The position numbers and the translations under genes are program-made. From an uncultured virus (IMG/VR IMGVR_UViG_2049941000_000079) (lineage: Duplodnaviria; Heunggongvirae; Uroviricota; Caudoviricetes): DNA of 33,203 nucleotides. The notes under the pieces were generated by a model, which was not told the origin of the DNA, searched no databases, and worked only from the letters and a program-made list of their open reading frames with translations. Positions within the stretch are counted from its first letter, which is position 1; every line of letters begins with the position of its first letter. Below are positions 18,246 to 27,621 of this stretch, piece after piece. The stretch lies in the IMG/VR virus record IMGVR_UViG_2049941000_000079. The stretch is one strand, 5' to 3'.

Positions 18246-20429
18246 ATGAAAGCGACTACACAGAAGTTCAAGCAAATAATGGCAAGTGGTAACTCAAGGG
18301 ATTATGTTGTTAAAGTTGACATAATCCTTGCAAATACCACGGTCTTACACTTGACCGAAGCCGATATGTGGGATGATTCGTTCAAGGTTGAAACGGCATC
18401 AAGTAGTACATCGTCATTCGACATTGGAACAGCCGTAATAGGACAGTGTAAGTTTTCACTTAACAACTTTGATGAGCGGTTCAATCAGTATGACTTCTTT
18501 AATGCCACGGCGGTAGTATATGTAGGTTTAAAGGGCGATGAAATAAACGGAGCGCAACAGTACGTTCGTTTTGGATTCTTCACAGTTGACGAACCGACAT
18601 TTGCCGGAGCATTGATTCAGCTTGTCCTGCTTGACAATATGTGGAAGTTTGACCGTCCACTCAATAACGTAAGCCTAACCTTCCCTATAAGCGCACAGAG
18701 CGCGGTTGTTGCAATCTGTCAGTATTGTGGAGTTACCTTACAGACACAGCAATTCCACGGGTACAATTTCTCAATCGCAGAAGCACCTAAAGATATGGAT
18801 AAGATGAATTGCCGTGAGTTCTTACAGTATGTGGCAATGATAGGGTGTAACTTCTGTATCATCAATGAGTACGGAGATTTAGTAATAAAATGGTATGATA
18901 CCGCACATATTCCGACCGAGAGTGATTTAGACGGCGGTACGTTCAATACGAACACAACCCCGTATTCAGACGGAGATTCGGCAGACGGCGGCAACTTTAC
19001 CAATTATTCAAGTGGAGATTCGGTAGATGGTGGTTCATTTAACAATAACCCGAATGTAGATTACTTCACGCGTAATTTCAATCTCACACTTGGTACAGAC
19101 GTTATTACAATCACGGGTGTCAAGTTTGTCATTGATGAAACAGCCTACACGATAGGTACGGAAGGGTACAGACTTGAACTTGAAAACCCCCTTGTCAATG
19201 CCGATAACGTCAATTCGGTGCTTAACCTTATATGGGATGTTTTAGAAGGTTTTTCATTAAGAACATTCAATTTGACGTGTGCATCAGACCTTGCGGTAGA
19301 AGTAGGCGATTGTTGTGCGATCAAGGATTACAAGGGCAACTACATCTATTCATGGGTTACAAATAATATTTTTGCCTTTTCAAAACATCAGGTACAATGC
19401 AATGCCATACCGCCCACAAGAACATTGACAAAACAATACTCAAAAGTGGTAAAAGCGGCGGTTGAACAAGCACGTAGGCAAACAGACGAACAAATCAGTA
19501 ACTACGATTTAGCCGTTCAAAGAATGAATCAGTTGGCGGCAAATGCATCAGGTTTGTATTGGATAGATGTACCGCAATCAGACGGCACTATCATTTACTA
19601 TGAGTCTGATAAACCGCTTTCGATTGATTCAAACGGCAATGTAGTATTTACTTATCATTCTCATGTTTGGAAAAAAACGGGTAGCGGGTTTTTCTCGACA
19701 GCCGATTCTGGTACATCCGAAGCAACAACTATATGGACGGGCGGCATAGACGCTAATAACAATGCCGTAATGAACACCATTTCAACAATCGGTATATCAT
19801 TTGATTGGGCGCATGGTGGTATTCTTACTCTTGGCGGTGATAATAACGTCAACGGTACATTGATTGTAAAAGATAGATACAACACCGAAATAGGCAGATG
19901 GAATAAAGACGGTATAAGTATATTAAAAGGTACTATATCCGGCCCAACTATATCGGGTGGTACTATTACAGGAACAAGCATATATGGTACGGAAATATCG
20001 GGCGGTAGTGTATCGGGTACTAATATAAGCGGTGGAACAATAAGAGGTACTGAAATATATGGTGGAGAGATATCAGGTGCAAGTATCACGGGTGGTACTA
20101 TCAACGGTACTACGATAACCTCACAGCATTCTAGTTATTATGATTGCTTTTACGAATTATCAGCAAATCAAATAGTCGGGTACAATCATGGGGCGCAAGT
20201 CGGATATCTCGATTGGGGCGGTTATGCAAACGGTCACGATTGCTTGGGTATTGCAGGACAAGGTATAAACATTTGGTGCGATCATATTTACTTTAATGCG
20301 CAGGAAGGTGTTTCACAACAAATAAGAGTAATGCACGATCTTGATATATATTTCGATAGTAAAAATTATACTATTGATGATATGTATATAACCTTCTACA
20401 AAGGTTTATGTACCGATGTTTATGTGTAA
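18246..20429 (+). CDS. Tail tip / baseplate hub (Tal-like) protein
   Basis: Follows Dit; hub-like N-terminus, DGGxF repeats, coiled coil, and ISGGT-type pentapeptide repeats near 19930-20120. Confidence 0.75.
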   Translation: MKATTQKFKQIMASGNSRDYVVKVDIILANTTVLHLTEADMWDDSFKVETASSSTSSFDIGTAVIGQCKFSLNNFDERFNQYDFFNATAVVYVGLKGDEINGAQQYVRFGFFTVDEPTFAGALIQLVLLDNMWKFDRPLNNVSLTFPISAQSAVVAICQYCGVTLQTQQFHGYNFSIAEAPKDMDKMNCREFLQYVAMIGCNFCIINEYGDLVIKWYDTAHIPTESDLDGGTFNTNTTPYSDGDSADGGNFTNYSSGDSVDGGSFNNNPNVDYFTRNFNLTLGTDVITITGVKFVIDETAYTIGTEGYRLELENPLVNADNVNSVLNLIWDVLEGFSLRTFNLTCASDLAVEVGDCCAIKDYKGNYIYSWVTNNIFAFSKHQVQCNAIPPTRTLTKQYSKVVKAAVEQARRQTDEQISNYDLAVQRMNQLAANASGLYWIDVPQSDGTIIYYESDKPLSIDSNGNVVFTYHSHVWKKTGSGFFSTADSGTSEATTIWTGGIDANNNAVMNTISTIGISFDWAHGGILTLGGDNNVNGTLIVKDRYNTEIGRWNKDGISILKGTISGPTISGGTITGTSIYGTEISGGSVSGTNISGGTIRGTEIYGGEISGASITGGTINGTTITSQHSSYYDCFYELSANQIVGYNHGAQVGYLDWGGYANGHDCLGIAGQGINIWCDHIYFNAQEGVSQQIRVMHDLDIYFDSKNYTIDDMYITFYKGLCTDVYV

Positions 20430-20440
20430 AGGAGAAAAAA

Positions 20441-20668
20441 ATGAATCAGTACGAAGAAATGCTTTTAGCAAAAAACGAAATCTCAAATCACATGACAGCA
20501 ATTATGGGATCAATGAAACTGTCTGAAATGCAAATGATGTTTGTCATGGATTCTGTTTTGAGTGACTTGCGGTGTAGGTGTCTTATCAGAAACAGTTACG
20601 ATAAGGCAAATAATGAAGTCTTAAAAAAGGAAAGTGAGGAAAAAAAAAAGAATGAAAAGACCGCCTAA
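20441..20668 (+). CDS. Hypothetical protein
   Basis: SD AAGGAG before ATG 20441. Confidence 0.65.
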   Translation: MNQYEEMLLAKNEISNHMTAIMGSMKLSEMQMMFVMDSVLSDLRCRCLIRNSYDKANNEVLKKESEEKKKNEKTA

Positions 20669-20900
20669 AGGTGAAGATTATCCTTACTTTGAACTGAAAA
20701 ATAAAGCTATAAACCACAATCACGAAGTAGATTCTGTCAAAGAGTATAAGGGGATTTACTTATTCTATGACAGCAGAAACCCGGATGATGAAGGGCAAGT
20801 AGTGCTTGATAAAAAGACGGGTTTTAGACGTATGCTTTCAGAGTACACCGGAAATGATGATCCCGTTGAACTTGATTTTGAAACAGGAGAGGTAAAGTGA
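20652..20900 (+). CDS. Hypothetical protein
   Basis: SD GAGG before ATG 20652; overlaps the previous gene. Confidence 0.6.
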   Translation: MKRPPKGEDYPYFELKNKAINHNHEVDSVKEYKGIYLFYDSRNPDDEGQVVLDKKTGFRRMLSEYTGNDDPVELDFETGEVK

Positions 20901-20901
20901 T

Positions 20902-21123
20902 ATGGCAATACGAATGAGAAGGGGCAATGAGGCTGATCTTGATAAAACAAAGCTCGTATCAGGAGAAATAGCCGTAAGCATGGATGCGGATAAGGTAAGG
21001 GTTTCAAAGGGCAACGGAGAAACCATTGACCTTGCTACGCAAGAAGATTTACAGAACATCATTATCTATGATGGTGCTATTTCCGTAGTCGGAGAAACAC
21101 TCACATTTTCACCGAGAGAGTAA
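20902..21123 (+). CDS. Short fibre-anchor protein (Mtd/hyaluronidase N-terminal-like)
   Basis: MAIRMRRG......KL.SGEIAV..D motif; C-terminal VVGETLTF. Confidence 0.7.
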   Translation: MAIRMRRGNEADLDKTKLVSGEIAVSMDADKVRVSKGNGETIDLATQEDLQNIIIYDGAISVVGETLTFSPRE

Positions 21124-21134
21124 GGAGTTAAAAA

Positions 21135-22313
21135 ATGGCAGACATAAGCAAAGTCAGTATTGATGGTGGTACAACCGAATTAAATATTAAAGACGCAACA
21201 GCGAGACAAAACATAACAGAGATAAACAATAAAGTTGGAGCAAACAACGGTATTGCAAGTCTTAACGAATCAGGCAAAGTCCCGTCAAGTCAGTTACCTT
21301 CATATGTTGATGATGTTGTAGAAGGTTATCTTTATGAAGGAGATTTCTACAAAGACGCACTGCATCAAAATTTGATAACCCCAGAGACGGACAAGATATA
21401 CGTTGATTTGACCGAAGATAAAACGTATCGTTGGAGCGGATCAGTATATATATGTATAGGCGGCGGCCTTGAACTTGGAGAAACACAAGGTACGGCATAT
21501 GAAGGTAGTAAAGGAAAAGCAAACGCTGATGCTATAGAAGACATCAAAGATGTAATACCTTCTGGTGCTTCAAGTTCGAATAAACTCTTATCACATCAGG
21601 ATATAATTGATAATCTGACTTCTTATTCTTCTACGAAAGCCCTATCAGCTAAACAAGGTTATGAACTTAACAGTAAAATTCAACAATCTAATCTTGGAAA
21701 AGAAGATACGGAAAAACTTCTGAAAGATACGATAGGGTGGACTAGCAAGAATAGACTTCCGCTTACTCTTGCATCACTAAAGGCTATCAACACAGCCGGA
21801 ACATGGAATGATAATGCTTATACTATTGACGGTGTAACTTTTACTGTTAGCACTAATTCTGAAGGATATGTCACAAAAATCAATGTTGACGGTACGGCTT
21901 CATCAGGTATTGGTTTCAATCTCTTGAACGGCACATACGAAGGAGCGGAATATGAAACTTTGTTCCCGCTTGGATCATATTATTGGGTTACGGGTTGCGC
22001 TTCGGATGCTACAAGTTCTACATACTATTACAGATTCAGATTAGGTAGTATGTATGTCAGCGATCAAATAATTACGGGTGACGATCATATCAGTATTGAT
22101 AGTAGTGTGATAGAGCATAATCGAACTCTTATATTTGATATAAAGGTTAATTCAGGCGTATCTGTTTCAAATATAGAATTTTACCCACAATGGATGTATG
22201 GTCATTTGGAAGATAAATCATTTGAGCCTTACAATCAGACGGTCAAAGATAAATTGACATATACATATTCAAACGAAAGATTGACTTTTAATGGAATAGG
22301 AGCATCAACATGA
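21135..22313 (+). CDS. Tail fibre protein 1
   Basis: NIKDATAR N-terminus; GIASLNESGKVPSSQLPSYVDDV; DNLTS.S..KALSAKQG fibre repeat; C-terminal beta-rich domain. Confidence 0.75.
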   Translation: MADISKVSIDGGTTELNIKDATARQNITEINNKVGANNGIASLNESGKVPSSQLPSYVDDVVEGYLYEGDFYKDALHQNLITPETDKIYVDLTEDKTYRWSGSVYICIGGGLELGETQGTAYEGSKGKANADAIEDIKDVIPSGASSSNKLLSHQDIIDNLTSYSSTKALSAKQGYELNSKIQQSNLGKEDTEKLLKDTIGWTSKNRLPLTLASLKAINTAGTWNDNAYTIDGVTFTVSTNSEGYVTKINVDGTASSGIGFNLLNGTYEGAEYETLFPLGSYYWVTGCASDATSSTYYYRFRLGSMYVSDQIITGDDHISIDSSVIEHNRTLIFDIKVNSGVSVSNIEFYPQWMYGHLEDKSFEPYNQTVKDKLTYTYSNERLTFNGIGAST

Positions 22314-22642
22314 AACAACCAATAACACGGTTATTCCGATACATAAAAAAAACAAAAGCAAAACGAAATAAAAAAGTGAGAGCCTTTTATTTTAAGGCTC
22401 TTTTACTTTGCATAGAAATATATGGAATGGCGGCACTTGGGATGTCATACTACTTGGCCTATTTGGGAAGGGATATAGTTCTCGAAGAACTTTCAAAAAC
22501 CATTGTTAAAGTCCTGATATATCCTTTTGTGGCATACACAATCAATCGGACGATTGAAAATTATGCGGAACACAACATCACACAGTTTCACAAGCCATTA
22601 AGTGAAACACCTATTGAAGAAAGCGAGGAAGCAGACGGATGA
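22310..22642 (+). CDS. Two-TM membrane protein (holin/antiholin-like)
   Basis: Basic N-terminus and two hydrophobic segments; directly upstream of the holin. Confidence 0.6.
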   Translation: MKQPITRLFRYIKKTKAKRNKKVRAFYFKALLLCIEIYGMAALGMSYYLAYLGRDIVLEELSKTIVKVLIYPFVAYTINRTIENYAEHNITQFHKPLSETPIEESEEADG

Positions 22643-22944
22643 ACACAGAGTTAATCACAAAGTTAGTTGAAGCGGTTGTAACGGTAGTAATTGTCTTAAT
22701 ATCGGCTTATGTTATCCCGTGGTTAAAAGGCAAAATCGGGGATGACAAGTACGCAACGATAGTAGAGTTTGCCGAGATCGTTGTTCGGTCTGCCGAGAAA
22801 ATCTATACCATAGAAGAATGGGCGCAAAAGAAAAGATATGCCGTTGAAATGGTACAGAAAAAAGCAGAAGAAATCGGCATAACCATAACACCTGATGAAA
22901 TCAATGCGATTATCGAAGGTGCGGTACAGGCGGTAAAGGGGTAA
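22639..22944 (+). CDS. Holin, LL-H family
   Basis: One N-terminal TM (AYVIPWLK), V.SAEKIY...KK.YA...IEGAV. Confidence 0.8.
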   Translation: MNTELITKLVEAVVTVVIVLISAYVIPWLKGKIGDDKYATIVEFAEIVVRSAEKIYTIEEWAQKKRYAVEMVQKKAEEIGITITPDEINAIIEGAVQAVKG

Positions 22945-23022
22945 TTANNNNNNNNNNNNNNNNNNNNNNNNNNNNNNNNNNNNNNNNNNNNNNNNNNNNN
23001 NNNNNNNNNNNNNNNNNNNNNN

Positions 23023-24324
23023 AAACAAGAGTTTATCGAAGCAATAGCAAAATCGGTTATCAAGTATGCGCCGCAGTTTAACATTAAATGTTATAGTGCG
23101 GTAATAGGTCAGGCTTGTTGTGAAAGTGGTTATGGTACGTCACCCAAAGGGCAGAGGAACAACTTTTTTGGCTTAAAGTATCGTGAAGGACGTGTGACTT
23201 GCCACAACGGTACGTTTATTGACGGATCAAAAGAGCAAAGGTCAGACGGACACTATGATGATATAGTTGATTCATGGTATACGTTCGAAACCCTTGATAA
23301 AGGTGTGCTTGGGTATTTTCAATTTATCAATACTGTCAATTACGCATCAGTCAAGGGAGTTACAGACCCCAAACAGTATCTTACAAACCTTCGTGCGGCA
23401 GGGTATGCTTCAAGCCTTGACTATGTTGAGACAGTAATGAAGTATATTGCCGACAATGGTTTAACCAAGTATGACGATGTAAGCACTCCGTTAAAGTCCT
23501 TTTTCAAGGTAGCGGTGGATGCCGGACACGGAAGTAACACGGGCGGCAAGAGAACACCCGATGGCTACCGCGAGCATTGGATAAACGTATCGTGTGCATC
23601 ATATTGTGAGCAAGCATTAAGACGTTGCGGCATAGACGTTTTAAGGGTTGCTTGGGATGATAACAACGCCAAAGATGATGAGGACGTGGCACTTTCTACA
23701 CGGCAGAAACTTATCAAGGCAAACAAATGCGATGCGTCAGTATCATTCCATGCAAATGCGGCAGGAGTTGGCGGTTGGAGTGATGCAAGTGGGGTAGAAA
23801 CCCTGATAAGCGACAAATACCCGGCAGACTCTCGTAACCTTGCAAACATGGTACAAAAACATCTTGTCGAAGGAACACCGCAGAAGAATAGGGGTGTAAA
23901 GACACAATCCCTTGCTATGTGTAACTGTAATGCGCTCGGAACAAAGGCGGCAATCCTTTGCGAGATAGGATTTATGACAAACAAGGCAGAAGCCGACCTG
24001 ATGAAAACGGATAAGTTCTGCAAGGAACAAGCAGAAGATGTCACAAAGGGAATATGTGAATACTTGGGTGTGAAATACATTCCTATCAACGAAGAGTCGG
24101 TTATAACCGAAGTAGTTACGCAATCCCAAAACACACCGATAGGCTATCTTGTGAAGATCAACACGGACATACTGAATGTGAGAGCAGGGGCAGGAACGTC
24201 ATACCCGGTTGTCACACAAGTGCGGAGAGGACAGATTTATACAATCGTGGATGAAGTAAAAGGTTGGGGAAAACTCAAAAGCGGTGCAGGGTGGATTAAA
24301 CTATCCTATACCACAAAAATATAG
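23023..24324 (+). CDS. Endolysin: GH73 glucosaminidase + Amidase_3 + SH3b (start lies in gap 22948-23022)
   Basis: Frame open from 23023: QACCESGYG...NNFFGLK...GYASSLDY; VDAGHG...E...SFHANA...AILCEIGFMTN; LNVRAGAGT...GWGKLKSGAGWI. Confidence 0.92.
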   Translation, partial: KQEFIEAIAKSVIKYAPQFNIKCYSAVIGQACCESGYGTSPKGQRNNFFGLKYREGRVTCHNGTFIDGSKEQRSDGHYDDIVDSWYTFETLDKGVLGYFQFINTVNYASVKGVTDPKQYLTNLRAAGYASSLDYVETVMKYIADNGLTKYDDVSTPLKSFFKVAVDAGHGSNTGGKRTPDGYREHWINVSCASYCEQALRRCGIDVLRVAWDDNNAKDDEDVALSTRQKLIKANKCDASVSFHANAAGVGGWSDASGVETLISDKYPADSRNLANMVQKHLVEGTPQKNRGVKTQSLAMCNCNALGTKAAILCEIGFMTNKAEADLMKTDKFCKEQAEDVTKGICEYLGVKYIPINEESVITEVVTQSQNTPIGYLVKINTDILNVRAGAGTSYPVVTQVRRGQIYTIVDEVKGWGKLKSGAGWIKLSYTTKI

Positions 24325-24349
24325 TTGACGTTAGTTGAATTTATTGATA
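24325..24349 (+). promoter_or_regulatory. Second copy of the late promoter motif
   Basis: TTGACGTTAGTTGAATTnnTTGATA, matching 5627-5651 at 23 of 25 positions. Confidence 0.75.
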
Positions 24350-24370
24350 GTATCAAGGTATACAAGTGAC

Positions 24371-24398
24371 GGACACGGGGTTTCCCGTGTCCTTTTTT
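24371..24398 (+). terminator. Intrinsic terminator
   Basis: ggacacggg-gttt-cccgtgtcc followed by T6. Confidence 0.8.
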
Positions 24399-24409
24399 GA
24401 GGACAAAAA

Positions 24410-24730
24410 ATGATTATTCGGGGAACAACACCTTCTATATCGTTTCATATAAACACCGAGTTAGACCTTACTGAAATAGCGGAAGTGTGGATCACTTTCA
24501 AGGCTAAATTCGGTACAGAGATCAATGAAAAGACATTCACCATTGAGGATGTAACCATTGATGCAGAGCATAACAACATCAATCTCTTTATGTCGCAGGA
24601 AGATACGTTATCACTTTCAGACAACCCGTACTATGTCCAAATAAGGTTACGCATGAATGACGATATGGCTTATGCTTCGGGAATCCTTGAAGAGCCAATA
24701 GGCAAGATATTAAAGGACGGGGTTATATGA
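24410..24730 (+). CDS. BppU N-terminal-like baseplate/fibre attachment protein
   Basis: MIIRGTTP...SQEDTL.L...VQIR...ILKDGVI pattern. Confidence 0.65.
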   Translation: MIIRGTTPSISFHINTELDLTEIAEVWITFKAKFGTEINEKTFTIEDVTIDAEHNNINLFMSQEDTLSLSDNPYYVQIRLRMNDDMAYASGILEEPIGKILKDGVI

Positions 24731-25008
24731 ATGGTGTATTACGACTTGATGTATCTATTCAGACAGAAAACTACATAGACGTTGATGTAAAGTCCGGCAC
24801 AAAAGTGTTGGACTTTTCTATTGAAGGAAACAAAGATGCTAGGTTGCCGTATTACAACGGAGAATACGGAGTAGAGCCTAGAAAAGTAGGGCAGACACTT
24901 GAAACCGCAAACAAGAGTATGAGCGAAAACGTAGTGATAAACCCTATTTATTATGCGGAAACAACAAATGTAGGCGGTGGCTACACGGCGATAATTGGAA
25001 AGGAGTAA
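24727..25008 (+). CDS. Small fibre-associated structural protein
   Basis: YNGEY.VEP...QTL.T.NK.M.ENV.I.PI; C-terminal GGYTAIIG. Confidence 0.7.
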   Translation: MNGVLRLDVSIQTENYIDVDVKSGTKVLDFSIEGNKDARLPYYNGEYGVEPRKVGQTLETANKSMSENVVINPIYYAETTNVGGGYTAIIGKE

Positions 25009-25014
25009 CACACA

Positions 25015-25620
25015 ATGGCAAGTAACCCTTATGTAAACAAAGTTATTTTCGGAAATGACGTTCTTATTGATCTGACAAGTGATACAGTTACGGCGGCAGA
25101 TATCTTATCAGGCAAGACCGCACATGATAAATCCGGCGCGGCAATCACGGGTGAATGTACCTTTGATTCCGATACAACGGATGCGGATGCGAGTGCAAGT
25201 GAGATACTTTACGGACAGAGTGCCTATGTCAACAAGAACAAACTTGTAGGAACAATGCCAAACCGGGGCGGTGTTACGGGTTCTATTTCAACAGTAGCCG
25301 GGGAGTACACCATTCAGGAAGGTTATCACGATGGTTCAGGTAAGGTTGCCATTGATTCAACCGAACAGGCAAAGATCATCCCTTCAAACATCCTTCAGGG
25401 TGTAACAATTCTCGGTGTTCAGGGTAGTGTTGAACCTTCTTCTGATGTTCATATCGAGCCTACAAAATCAGCAACACCTTATACAACTTCACAGACAATA
25501 CTTCCTTCGAGCGGATATGACGCAATCGCAGAAGTTACCATAGCGGCTATAACAAAGACCGAGACAGATAACGCATCTGGCGGTAAAACTGTGCAGATTG
25601 GCGATTTAGCACCTTCGTAA
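25015..25620 (+). CDS. Fibre-associated repeat protein
   Basis: NKV.FG...LIDLTSDTVT; IL.G..A repeats; GTMPNRG; GYHDGSG; NIL.GVTILGV.G. Confidence 0.75.
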   Translation: MASNPYVNKVIFGNDVLIDLTSDTVTAADILSGKTAHDKSGAAITGECTFDSDTTDADASASEILYGQSAYVNKNKLVGTMPNRGGVTGSISTVAGEYTIQEGYHDGSGKVAIDSTEQAKIIPSNILQGVTILGVQGSVEPSSDVHIEPTKSATPYTTSQTILPSSGYDAIAEVTIAAITKTETDNASGGKTVQIGDLAPS

Positions 25621-25632
25621 AGGGGTGGTCTT

Positions 25633-25836
25633 ATGGCAAGCAACCCTTACGTTAACAAGGTTCAATTTGGCGATGAAACGCTGATTGACCTTACAAGCGA
25701 TACAGTAACACCCGATAAAGTGCTTAATGGTGTGACGTTCCATGATAAAAGTGGAGCGTTACAAACAGGCACTTTAACACCTATGTCGAGCAAGTTTACA
25801 TACGCAAACAATAGACTTACATTGAATGTTCCTTAA
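25633..25836 (+). CDS. Short paralog of the 25015 N-terminus (putative adaptor)
   Basis: MASNPYVNKVQFG..LIDLTSDTVT...HDKSGA shared with 25015; different C-terminus. Confidence 0.75.
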   Translation: MASNPYVNKVQFGDETLIDLTSDTVTPDKVLNGVTFHDKSGALQTGTLTPMSSKFTYANNRLTLNVP

Positions 25837-25848
25837 AGGAGAATAAAA

Positions 25849-27210
25849 ATGCCTAACTATATGACAGAATTAAGTCCTGATAATAATACTCATGTATACC
25901 AGATAAAGGATAAGGAAGCATCCCCTATTGACCTACTCAAAGACACAGTAGGGTGGGTTGGGAAGAATAAATTACCTTTGGGTACAATATGGCATCTAAA
26001 TAATATGTCTGATTTTAATGGACTTAATACAGATGGTGAAACTACAAGGGCAAGAACAACACCTGCGTTTGAATTTCCGTTCCCGAGTCAGACATTCATT
26101 ATAAGTGGCTTGCCCTCAAAAGTAACCGAATTGAATGCAAATAATGGTGTTAGATGTTTTGATGCGAATAAAAATGATTTAGGCAAAGCCGATATCAATG
26201 GATTTCAATTCACAACAAAGGCAAATACCGCATACATATACATTATGGTAAATGGCGCGAATTTTACTGTTGCCGATTTTACGTCAGCAAACGTAATGAT
26301 CCGTCCTGCATCCATCATAGATGATACCTACGAGCCTTACCATAAGAGCGTAGAAGAAGTAGTAGAGCAGGTGTATGCGGATAATGGGGTATTAGGTGCG
26401 AAGAATTTACTTCGTTATCCTTATTGGAATACCACAAAAACCGAGAGTGGTATTACATTTACAGACAATAATGATGGTACAGTAACGGCAAACGGAACGG
26501 CAACCGCAGACGCATATTTCAGATTTGCATCTTCTGCATCAAATGCACCTGCATATACCTTGCCGAGTGGCGATTATATCTTATCGGGTAAGGGTCTTGT
26601 ATCGGGTGCGTCTATCGTTTGTGAAGCCTACAACGGCACAACCTACGTTAAGTCATTGTTAACGCTTACAAGTGGTACACCATCGGGTACATTGACCATT
26701 GATAATATCGGTTATGATCGACTTGCAATCTTCCTTAAAGTAAGCAATGCAAGCACGATATCAAACGCTAATGTTAAACCCATGCTCCGTCTTGCAAGTG
26801 ATCCCGATGATACCTATGTTCCCTATGCTATGACTAATAGGGAATTGACGGAGTTGGCTACAGCACAGGAGAGTGCAATTACTGATATTATAAGTGGGGC
26901 AACAGTTGATACAGGGGCAAGCGGAAACAAACTTGTCAAAATAGGCAAAATTGTCTTTTTGAGATTATCTCTTAAAACTGTCACAGCAACAGCATATTCC
27001 GATAATTTGGGTGTAATACCAAGTGGATACAGACCAACAAGCAATCTATTTATCAATGCGTTTGGTACAAATGTAAAAATAGGCTCAAATGGAAATATTC
27101 AATCTGCGATAGCAAAGCCATTAAGTNNNNNNNNNNNNNNNNNNNNNNNNNNNNNNNNNNNNNNNNNNNNNNNNNNNNNNNNNNNNNNNNNNNNNNNNNN
27201 NNNGTTGTAG
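25849..27210 (+). CDS. Tail fibre / receptor-binding protein 2 (3' end uncertain, gap)
   Basis: Two tandem KN.L...DDTY.PY domains, related to fibre 1, plus a KIGKIVFL...IPSGYRP RBP-head-like motif. Confidence 0.7.
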   Translation: MPNYMTELSPDNNTHVYQIKDKEASPIDLLKDTVGWVGKNKLPLGTIWHLNNMSDFNGLNTDGETTRARTTPAFEFPFPSQTFIISGLPSKVTELNANNGVRCFDANKNDLGKADINGFQFTTKANTAYIYIMVNGANFTVADFTSANVMIRPASIIDDTYEPYHKSVEEVVEQVYADNGVLGAKNLLRYPYWNTTKTESGITFTDNNDGTVTANGTATADAYFRFASSASNAPAYTLPSGDYILSGKGLVSGASIVCEAYNGTTYVKSLLTLTSGTPSGTLTIDNIGYDRLAIFLKVSNASTISNANVKPMLRLASDPDDTYVPYAMTNRELTELATAQESAITDIISGATVDTGASGNKLVKIGKIVFLRLSLKTVTATAYSDNLGVIPSGYRPTSNLFINAFGTNVKIGSNGNIQSAIAKPLSXXXXXXXXXXXXXXXXXXXXXXXXXXL

Positions 27211-27270
27211 CGTGTTGCCCGATAGGTCAGTTCGTGATTTTGGGTATGGTGAAACGAAAGCGAGTAATAT

Positions 27271-27456
27271 ATGACAAAAGAAGAACGTCTAAAACAGATA
27301 ATGGAGATAGAGGAATTTGCTTTTCTTAAAGAGATTCCATCTGACAAGTTGTGGAAATTGATGTTTGCCTTGTGCTTTATTATGGGTACTGAAACGGAGA
27401 GAGTACATGAAGATAAAAGTAATGCCGTTAGATACGCAGACATTCACAACCTATGA
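27271..27456 (+). CDS. Hypothetical protein
   Basis: ORF with a plausible start; no recognisable motif. Confidence 0.5.
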   Translation: MTKEERLKQIMEIEEFAFLKEIPSDKLWKLMFALCFIMGTETERVHEDKSNAVRYADIHNL

Positions 27457-27583
27457 GTGCGATGATTTTGAGTTTCGGTCGAACAATGCCTGTAATTGGG
27501 TAAGCATAATGAAAGACGGCAAGGAAATTGCATTTATTGAACGTGTCGGAGTGATTAAGACTATGTCGCATACTGAAACGTAA
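27407..27583 (+). CDS. Hypothetical protein
   Basis: SD GGAGAG before ATG 27407. Confidence 0.55.
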   Translation: MKIKVMPLDTQTFTTYECDDFEFRSNNACNWVSIMKDGKEIAFIERVGVIKTMSHTET

Positions 27584-27621
27584 GCAAAACAGACTTGCCC
27601 GTTGAAAACACGGGGAGCAAG

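Noticed and set aside
14080..20104. Numerous minus-strand ORFs over the tail genes
   Set aside because: Shadow frames of strongly supported + strand genes, without recognisable motifs.
18920..20120. DGGxF and ISGGT repeats as a CRISPR or DNA repeat array
   Set aside because: These are in-frame peptide repeats with synonymous divergence; there is no repeat-spacer structure and no cas genes.
21135..27210. Diversity-generating retroelement or invertase shufflon acting on the fibre genes
   Set aside because: No reverse transcriptase or invertase, no adenine-specific TR/VR pair and no inverted cassettes are visible. The gap at 27127-27203 could not be inspected.
27204..27620. Riboswitch or tRNA in the hairpins near 27215-27245 and 27595-27620
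   Set aside because: Only simple imperfect hairpins; no cloverleaf or recognisable aptamer consensus.
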